This document shows positions 1 through 64,000 of a stretch of DNA of 64,000 nt, piece by piece (position 1 is the first letter of the stretch; the number at the start of each line of letters is the position of its first letter). The DNA is from Eledone cirrhosa (Eukaryota), in the NCBI GenBank assembly GCA_964016885.1, contig OZ024746.1, positions 10,230,001 through 10,294,000 of the forward strand. The letters are read 5' to 3'. A model generated the notes under the pieces. It was not told the origin of the DNA, searched no databases, and saw nothing but the letters and a program-made list of their open reading frames with translations. The position numbers were made by a program, and so were the translations under genes.

Positions 1-162
1 TATATGTATATATATAATATATATATATATATAATATATATATATATATAATATATATATATATTTATTAAAATAACAGATTAAAGTTTAAGCAAAGAAT
101 CGCTGCTTTCACTCTTAACGGGATCTTCTGAAACTAACAAAGTCAATCTGTAAACGCAGAAG

Positions 163-599
163 TGGATATTTAAAAAAACGTTGCAACCGGAGGAAGACAG
201 GAAGACGATACTTTAGTTCGTGGAAACGTTCCCTGGCAAAGAACGGGAAAAAACGAATATAATACGTCATTATTTGGAGCGGTGAAAAACAATTACACGC
301 AAAGGCAGAACCACGTTTATGGTATAAAAGAGGTCGTAGACTCTTAGGTGGTTCATAGAGACGTTCTCTGGCAATGAACGGAACAAACGAAAATAATACG
401 AACCACCTAAGAGAATATTAGTCTACGACTTCTTTTATACCATAAACGTGGTTCTGTCTTTGCGTGTAATTGTTTTTCACCGCTCCAAATAATGACGTAT
501 TATATTCGTTTTTTCCCGTTCTTTGCCAGGGAACGTTTCCACGAACCAAAGTATCGTCTTCCTGTCTTCCTCCGGTTGCAACGTTTTTTTAAATATCCA
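163..599. repeat. Long inverted repeat (arms about 163-354 and 400-599), probably a Penelope-like element terminus
   Basis: Arms are near-perfect reverse complements. Sits next to (TA)n and about 0.85 kb from a GIY-YIG ORF remnant. A diverged relative of 76-190 is at about 49705-49830. Confidence 0.8.
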
Positions 600-990
600 G
601 TTATATATCCACTTATAATATCCACTTATATATCCACTTATAATATCCACTTATATATCCACTTATATATCCACTTCTATATCCACTTCTATATCCACTT
701 ATATATCCACTTATATATCCACTTCTATATCCACTTATATATCCACTTATATATCCACTTATATATCCACTTATATATCCACTTATATATCCACTTCTAT
801 ATCCACTTCTATATCCACTTATATATCCACTTATATATCCACTTATATATCCACTTATATATCCACTTATATATCCACTTATATATCCACTTATATATCC
901 ACTTATATATCCACTTCTATATCCACTTCTATATCCACTTATATATCCACTTATATATCCACTTATATATCCACTTATACTTATATATAT
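594..990. repeat. 12-bp minisatellite (ATATCCACTTAT / ATATCCACTTCT), about 32 units
   Basis: Direct reading; accounts for the spurious HLYI/ISGY ORFs. Confidence 0.95.
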
Positions 991-1442
991 CGCCTGTCCA
1001 AAGGCAAGCTGAAAAGAGGCCAACAAAGATGACCTGGTGACGAACATTCCAAACTGACCTACAAACTGTCAACATCACCTGGCATGGATGTCAACAAGCT
1101 GTCGCTGACTTATGTTCCCCGACGGAATAAGCATGAATGTAAGTGAATGTAATGTGTGTGCATGAATGTAAGTGTGCTTAGTGGGATGTTTGTATGTGCA
1201 TGCATGAATGTAAGTTTATGTAGTGCAAAGTGTGTGTAAATATGTATATAATAAAATGGGGAAAATATGTGTGCGATGTATGTGTGTGTGTGAGTCTAAG
1301 TGTATGTATGTATGTGTGTGTGAGAGTCTAAGTGTGTGTATGTATGTATGTGTGTGAGTCTAAGTGTGTTTGCCTAGTGAGGACATAGATTTAATTTGAA
1401 AGAAAGAATGAAACTGGCCGCTGGGATGTTGGAATACAGGCT

Positions 1443-1960
1443 TTAAATTAGCCATTCAGGTGCACTTCTTTCCATTCGATTATTGATCCTAGGTTTTAAT
1501 TGCTTAATTAAGAGGGCTTCCTTAATTCTCAGCGTGCCTAGACTGCATTCGGTAGCTAAGATTGTGGTGGTAATATTGTCCCAGTTTCCACATTTGATGA
1601 TGTGTTTGTGGAAGGAAGAGGAGTTGGTGTTAACATGTTCTTTAATAAGGAGATGGAATGGTCGAATACTGCTGCCTATGTAAAATAGATTGCACTTGTT
1701 ACATTCTAGCTGTATACTACGTAGGTACGTAGGCAATAATTAGTGTTACAGATAGGGCCATTCGCTAGGGTGCATCCGTTATCCCCGCTGGAGGCATCTT
1801 CGCAGGGAAGGTCCAGAGTGAGCTAGTTTGATATTGAGGCCCTCACTTCTGATGGCTTTGCATATGACGTTGGTGGTTTCCTCACTGAGAAGTGGGATCT
1901 TGAAGAAGCAACTGTTGTTTGTGTTGATTCGGTCTCTGGGCCTTGGGTAGAGAAGGAAGC
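1443..1960 (-). mobile_element. Penelope-like retroelement remnant, GIY-YIG endonuclease C-terminus
   Basis: CNKCNLFYIGSSIRPFHLLIKEH...LRIKEALLIKQLKPRIN matches the PLE GIY-YIG pattern (CxxC..YIG..R..EH..E..I..P.IN). Confidence 0.85.
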
Positions 1961-2156
1961 TGGGTAGCTGTTAATCACTAGTACCTTGTGGATTCGTCTA
2001 TGGGTGGCTCTATTAGCAGCACCACTGCATCGATTCTTTTATTATCTTGGCAATTATCTTGGCAATTTAATGTTCTTTCTAAAGCATTGTTTGGTTTGCA
2101 AAATTTAAATTTGCATTTCCTATTCAACAATGCTTCAAGCAAGCTACAAAACTCTG

Positions 2157-2226
<70 letters not shown>

Positions 2227-2564
2227 GTTTAACGTTAATTCTTCTACGCTGGCATAGGTTAGATGAGTAGTTCTGTTGTTGGCAATATTAGGTCAGGTGA
2301 TTTTAGCTTGATTTTAGCTTGGTTTCTACAGCTGGATGACCTTCCTAATGCCAACCTCATTTACAGTGAGTACTGGGTGTTTTTTGTCATGATTCCTACA
2401 CGATGACTTTACAGTTTGTGGGCTGGGTGCTTTTTACCATGCTACCATCACGGCCACTTTATAGTGTTCTAATGAAAGATTTATGGGAGGGTGGGATGGG
2501 GTGGTGCATACTGTATATATGTTTCAGCCTTGGCCTGGGCCCGTGGGAAGTTGGGGTTTCTGTA

Positions 2565-3588
2565 TTACCTCATAACGCCAGAGATCTTGGTCCTGTGTCA
2601 TTGTCTTTCAGAGGTGCAATTGGGCAAGGTCGGCTTTTAACACTTCATCTCAAGTCTTTCTGGGACTTTATGTAGCTGTCATCATTCATACGTATCACAT
2701 CTCCATACAAACATAATCTTTTCTCTTGCACACAGCATTTGATTCCTCTTACGCCTAGTTTCTCTCTCAGTTTGTTTATGCTTTGCTGTTCATGTATATT
2801 ACTAATACACATCCATAGGAGCATACAAACTTCATTTCTTTCCAATCTATGCAAGTCTTCTGCACACAGCATCCAGGTCTCATTTCCATGCAACATTGCC
2901 ATTCATATGCACGCGCCATACAGTCTGCCTTTCTGAAGGAAAAGCCTTTTGTAGCCAGCAGTGATAGTAACTCCTTCAACTTCTTCCATCTCGTTCTTAC
3001 TCTGGCTACTGTACTTTCAGAACACCCACTTCCACTACTAATTAGGCCACCCAGGTAGCAGAAGCTGTCTAGGGCTTCTACCGCACCCTCCCAGACTTTG
3101 ATGGCACTTGTTTCCTGTGATCGTTTGCTGCTTACTATCCCAGTGCAACTGCTACATGTAAAGTTTACATTCTTAGCTAAACTTCATGAGATCCCATTAC
3201 ATCTCTTGTGTACCCATAGTTTTCACATGGGGCAAAGGATGGAGTTTCGACCTACACCTTTCCTACATACTGAGCAAGGCCATTTCCCTGAAGGGATCTG
3301 GGCTCTGCTTTCTCATGTACTTACTAGGACCTTAGTCTTTGTCAGGTTGACTTTGAGGCTCCTTCTTTCTAGGCTCTGCTTCGATGTTTAGAATTTCTTC
3401 TCTAGTTCCACCATGGATTCAGCTATGAGTGTAAGATCATTCACATACAGAAGTTGCCATGGACATCAGGTCTTAAACTCCTCTATTATAGACTGCAGTA
3501 TGATAATAAACAGGAGAAGGGCTAAGGATAGAGCTTTGGTGGATGCCTACTTGTACAGTAAATTCCTTGCTCTAGTTTTCTAATAACC
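2565..3588 (-). mobile_element. Decayed RTE-type LINE (RT region with embedded PHD finger, plus C-terminus)
   Basis: Minus-strand translation LLYVNDLTLIAE...CSVC...HKRC...CSSC...SFCYLG...LHGNETW, with stops and frameshifts. Confidence 0.8.
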
Positions 3589-3589
3589 C

Positions 3590-3920
3590 ACCGAAATACG
3601 CCAAAACTATACCTGATGTACCCCTTCCATACACATGCACACGTGTGTATCATGACTCGTGCACTGTTCATTTTCCTGATGTTTGTGCATTGCCCTATGT
3701 ACTGTACATGCACTTTTTGATGAGTTGTGGTGCACCTGGGCACTATACACAATATTTCATTATTATTATTGTTATTGTTATTATATCATGACTCATACAC
3801 TGTTCATTTTCCTGACATTTGTACATTATTCTATGTACTATACATGCACCTTTGATGAGTTGTAGTGCACCTGAGCACTTTACACAATAATTTCCTTATT
3901 ATTCATTATTATTATTATTA
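3590..3920 (+). mobile_element. CR1/L2-type LINE 3' end with (ATT)n tail
   Basis: Near-identical to the reverse complement of 21693-22005. Confidence 0.85.
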
Positions 3921-3934
3921 TGGCATGTAGAAAT

Positions 3935-3972
3935 GCCAGGTAGAGGCATGGGTTAGAATCCCACCACTGCTA
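3935..3972 (+). pseudogene. 3' half of a degenerate tRNA-Leu
   Basis: GAGGCATGGGTTAGAATCCCACCACTGCTA resembles the eukaryotic tRNA-Leu T arm and acceptor strand. Confidence 0.65.
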
Positions 3973-4197
3973 ATGTTATTTAAATATATATTTTATAAAT
4001 AAATGTAATGTTCTTTTAGGGAAACAGTTTACTGCATGCATTTATATGTAGTAAGTTGCACCATTCCTACTAAATATTTTAAAGTTCTTCCATATATATA
4101 TATATATATATGTATACATATCTATGAAAAGTATCTGGACCCCGACGACTGAGCTCCGCCCGTTTTGACAGCTGTCAAAAGTACAATACAATAGCTG

Positions 4198-4236
4198 AGT
4201 AGTGTGGGCAAGTGGTCTAAGGCGCTGGTTTTAGGC
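4198..4236 (+). pseudogene. 5' half of a degenerate tRNA-Leu(TAG)
   Basis: AGTAGTGTGGGCAAGTGGTCTAAGGCGCTGGTTTTAGGC has the Leu-type D loop GGTCTAAGGC and anticodon loop TT-TAG-GC. Confidence 0.7.
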
Positions 4237-4763
4237 TGATGATTTGGTCAGAGGTAAATAATGTAATAGAGATCGAGTGACGCAACTTCGAGCGATTAGC
4301 GGCCTCTAGACTCACCTGATCAATGAAACAATTGTTAATACCTGAAATAAAGCCCCTTGTTGTACAGCCAACCATATTACTCTTCATTCTTTCACTATTA
4401 TTACTCCAAGTATAACCTACATTGGAATTCCCGCGAACTCGCTGCCTATATATATATATACACACACACCCTAACTCACATATTGACAAATCCCTACAAC
4501 TGTCTTGACGCAAACAAAAAGTTTTCAGTACTAACTTTGTAAATGAACGGCTTGAATTATGCAAAGAACTTTCTCAATTCTCAAAATAAACTATTTTTTC
4601 CAATTACAAAACAATCTCGGAGAGAACAAAGGGAGATAGTCGAACTCATTTTATTCGCTTATTCACCATTCTCGTTAGAATTATCTCCCTTTAATCTTTT
4701 CCTATAGGTCTTGCTTACCGCCGACGTCGTTGCATCAATTTCCTACAGCCCTTTGCATGTGAA

Positions 4764-61079
<56,316 letters not shown>

Positions 61080-61200
61080 AGTTGAAACTACATATTTTCC
61101 ATTGTAACCAATTTGTTTTGGCTGTATGTTTGATACCATCTAGTAATTTTTACATATAATATTGATTTCTCTCTAAATATTTTTAAAATGTTTTACAAGG

Positions 61201-61238
<38 letters not shown>

Positions 61239-61314
61239 ATAATAAGTGGTTCAGTAGATTCGTGGTTTACTGAGGAAAGTACCAAATTCAGCCCTCTATG
61301 CTATGGCAGAGTAT

Positions 61315-61505
61315 ATATATTAAGAATAAAATGAGGTTTCACATTAAGGTCTTCATTGATTATGACAGTTACAACCGTTTCACAAATGGGCTGGAGTTGA
61401 GTCTATAGCATTTACATGGATCTTGAGCCACTCATCTGTGAAATGGTTGAAGCTGCATAATCAATAAAGAACTTAATGTGAAACCTCATTTTGTTTTTAA
61501 TATAT
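61315..61505. repeat. (TA)n-flanked hairpin element downstream of the stop codon
   Basis: AAAATGAGGTTTCACATTAAG...CTTAATGTGAAACCTCATTTT inverted arms. Confidence 0.85.
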
Positions 61506-61521
61506 ATATATATATATATTC

Positions 61522-61623
61522 ATTTATATTAAGGCTAAAAGGTTAGTCTTGTTACTCTGAAGTTTTGCCTGTTTATCACAGGGTCATCAGTAACAAGACT
61601 CACGTCTTAGTCTTAATATAAAT
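61522..61623. repeat. Second hairpin element downstream of the stop codon
   Basis: ATTTATATTAAGGCTAA..AGTCTTGTTAC / GTAACAAGACT..TTAGTCTTAATATAAAT. Confidence 0.8.
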
Positions 61624-64000
61624 AAATATTAAAACTCTACTTCGGTATTGAGTACTCATTTCTCTCAGCCGTCAACCACATACAGATATATATATATAAT
61701 GATTTTATTAAAGGATTTGTTCTGTTCTGTATTGTTTAATTTTTACTAAAACAATTGGAAAACTGATTTCCAAACTACTGGATTGTGTATATTTAATTTA
61801 TTGGAGAGGTATGCATTATAGAGGTTATTAACCTAAGATGAAAGATTTTTATCCTTTGCATCTCTGGTTGTCATTAGGTCAGTTTTACCTTCCATCCTTC
61901 AGGGTAGGGGTATAATGTAGTAGAATGGTAGGGTTATAAGAATATCAGATGGAATGCCTTGTGGTATTTGTTCCAGATTTTTGTGTTCTCTGTTCTGAGG
62001 TCAAATTCCACTGTGGCCTGTTTGTGTGATAAACTTAATCTGTTGCCAAGTTTAACGCTATTGCTTGGCCCTTGGGTACCTTTAGTAGAGAGACCAATCT
62101 GTTGGAAGCAGATCATGTCTCCAGTTTGAGGATACATCCCTATATCTGTCTCACCAGTCTTAAAGAAAATAATAGGTCGTGATTATTGTTCTTTCTCCAG
62201 ATCAAATGATACACAAAAAGAAATGGTACCATACTTCTGGGTGTGTACATATAACCATGATGGCTTCGAATTGGGGGATCTATATTTATAAACTGATAAT
62301 AATAATTAATAATGTTCACTATCAATTTTATTAACTCATCACAGACATTTAATCATCCATTTCATATCTACTTTGGTAAATTCTGGTTAACTCCAAAAAC
62401 TTTTCAAGGCATGTCTGTTTTTTATCTAGAACTACATTGAACAATGTCATTCTCAGTTGAGGGAGATTTGGCTGTTATTTTCAGTCTGTCAAGTGACCAC
62501 GTAGAGTTCTTTCATTTACTGGTGCCAAATTTTTTTTCATATGACCCTCAAATGAACTATGAGTAAAAAGAGGAGGGTTACTTCCAATGGCTTTTACAAA
62601 TCTTCTAAAATTTGTAAATTTGGTGTAGTTGATTTTCGGCTGGAACCTATGTATAAAAATGTGAACATGGAGGGTAATTTGGTTTTAGTGCAGGGTCTGG
62701 ATAAGAAGCCATGAAGATAGCAGCAGTGATAGAAGTGTGATTAAATCTTTGCTAATCAATTAGATGGTCTATTTTGATGATGTGTAAGGGAGTTTCTGCA
62801 GTAATGTCTGGTAATTTAGCAATAGAGGTGGATATCATTGGCTTTAAGGCTACGCCCCAGTATGGTCACAGACAGACTGAAATCAGTGATAAATACCAAC
62901 CAGACTGGTTTTTGATGTGTTACAATTGAGTTTGTCCTTTTTGACAGAAACTTCTTTCTTATCTGAATTGGATGTCAACACAAATTTAGAAGTTTGATTT
63001 TAGTTGAATTTTCATTTAATGTCTGTTTTCTCTGATAGTAAGGGTTAGATGGGTTGTCAAAGACCAAGTCAGTACCCAGCCACATCACACATACCTCCCC
63101 AATCTGCAAAGTGTATCTGGTGCGTTTTATCATGGTTCCGGCACTAGGGAGGTTGTCATGTCCTTGACATAACTGACAAGTACTTTGTTTGGCAAGTTTT
63201 TTTTCTGTGTGGATATCCAACCATTTTACAGTGTACTGGGTCGACATATTGTATATGTATGGCTTCATGTGTCAAAGATAGACCCACTATATTAGGCTAA
63301 TAGTCTGATCTATGCATACTACAAGCAATAACAACTCCTTTTTTCAGAAATACAGACCTTTTGATTATATTTATCATTTCTTGCAAGTAGTGTGCATGAA
63401 TAAGCCTTGTCAATGAAGGGAAATCGTGGACACATTACCATATTCCTAATGGGGGACACTGCCTATCATTTTGAAAAGAATCCAGAATTTGCAAGGATTT
63501 AGTAATATATCTAACTTTCATGTTATTAAGCTGGTATTTGGAACATAATTTAAAAGTTCTTAGATAAATATAAACTGAGCATCACTACATCTGTAGATGG
63601 CTGAATGGAATAAAATTCTAAAATACCAACAAACTATTTTTTTCTTTCAGCTTGTAACAATCAAATGTTTGGGGGAGCTGGGCCATACTGTCATATTAGG
63701 TGCCTGCAAGGGTGCTGTGAGAGTTGGCTAGCCTAAAAAATTATTTGAAGGAAATTCAAGTGCTCCTTATTGCAACATGTAATTGAATGAGCATATTTTT
63801 TCCTCTCTCTCATATATATATATAGCACTTACTGTATTCTCCCGTGCATTCATTTATAACCCACACTCCTCTTTTGGCTGGAAAAGCTTAGTTTTGGTGT
63901 ATCCCATACAACCCTAGAAAAATACAGAAGTGTAAAACCATGGACAGTTTCAGGCAGGTTGGTATCAAAAGAGTGAGACCAGATAACAGAAATCCATGTC

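Noticed and set aside
100-135. Hammerhead-like spacing on the minus strand (CAGAAGA-TCCC..GAGT-GAAAG; similar at about 49735-49765)
   Set aside because: The core reads CAGA/TAGA rather than CUGA and stem II is imperfect, so it cannot be supported as a ribozyme.
492-1047. 182-aa HLYI-repeat ORF and 144-aa ISGY-repeat ORF
   Set aside because: Translations of the 12-bp minisatellite; no evidence of a real gene.
61934-62830. Possible minus-strand exons of a convergent neighbouring gene (acceptor-like sites near 62160 and 62280)
   Set aside because: Short frames with no recognisable protein family and no consistent splice chain; needs RNA-seq or BLASTX.

Overview
AT-rich, intron-rich animal genomic DNA. 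The repeat landscape (tRNA-derived SINEs with RTE-type tails, RTE/CR1/Penelope LINE remnants, TTAA-MITEs) looks cephalopod/Octopus-like; this is inference. The window is dominated by one complete + strand ABCC1/MRP1-type long ABC transporter gene (ATG 4764 to TAG 61079). It was traced exon by exon with consistent splice phases: 31 coding exons per isoform, 4521 nt CDS, 1506 aa. The main finding is that exon 23 (end of TM13, cytoplasmic loop, TM14, TM15) occurs as two intact 311-nt copies, 42143-42453 and 47875-48185. The copies have the same phases, are only about 25% identical in protein, and can only be used mutually exclusively, predicting two transporters with different substrate-pocket helices. 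Other observations: tRNA-Leu(TAG) halves in permuted order near the gene start, a start-stop uORF next to the initiator ATG, a GC-AG intron, two 48-bp minisatellites seeded by one SINE family (one with a 17-mer higher-order repeat), several long hairpin elements, and many transposon remnants (DD37D mariner, Merlin-like, Helitron, CR1, RTE with an internal PHD finger, Tx1-like, CRE, Penelope-like). All calls were made by eye without database searches.
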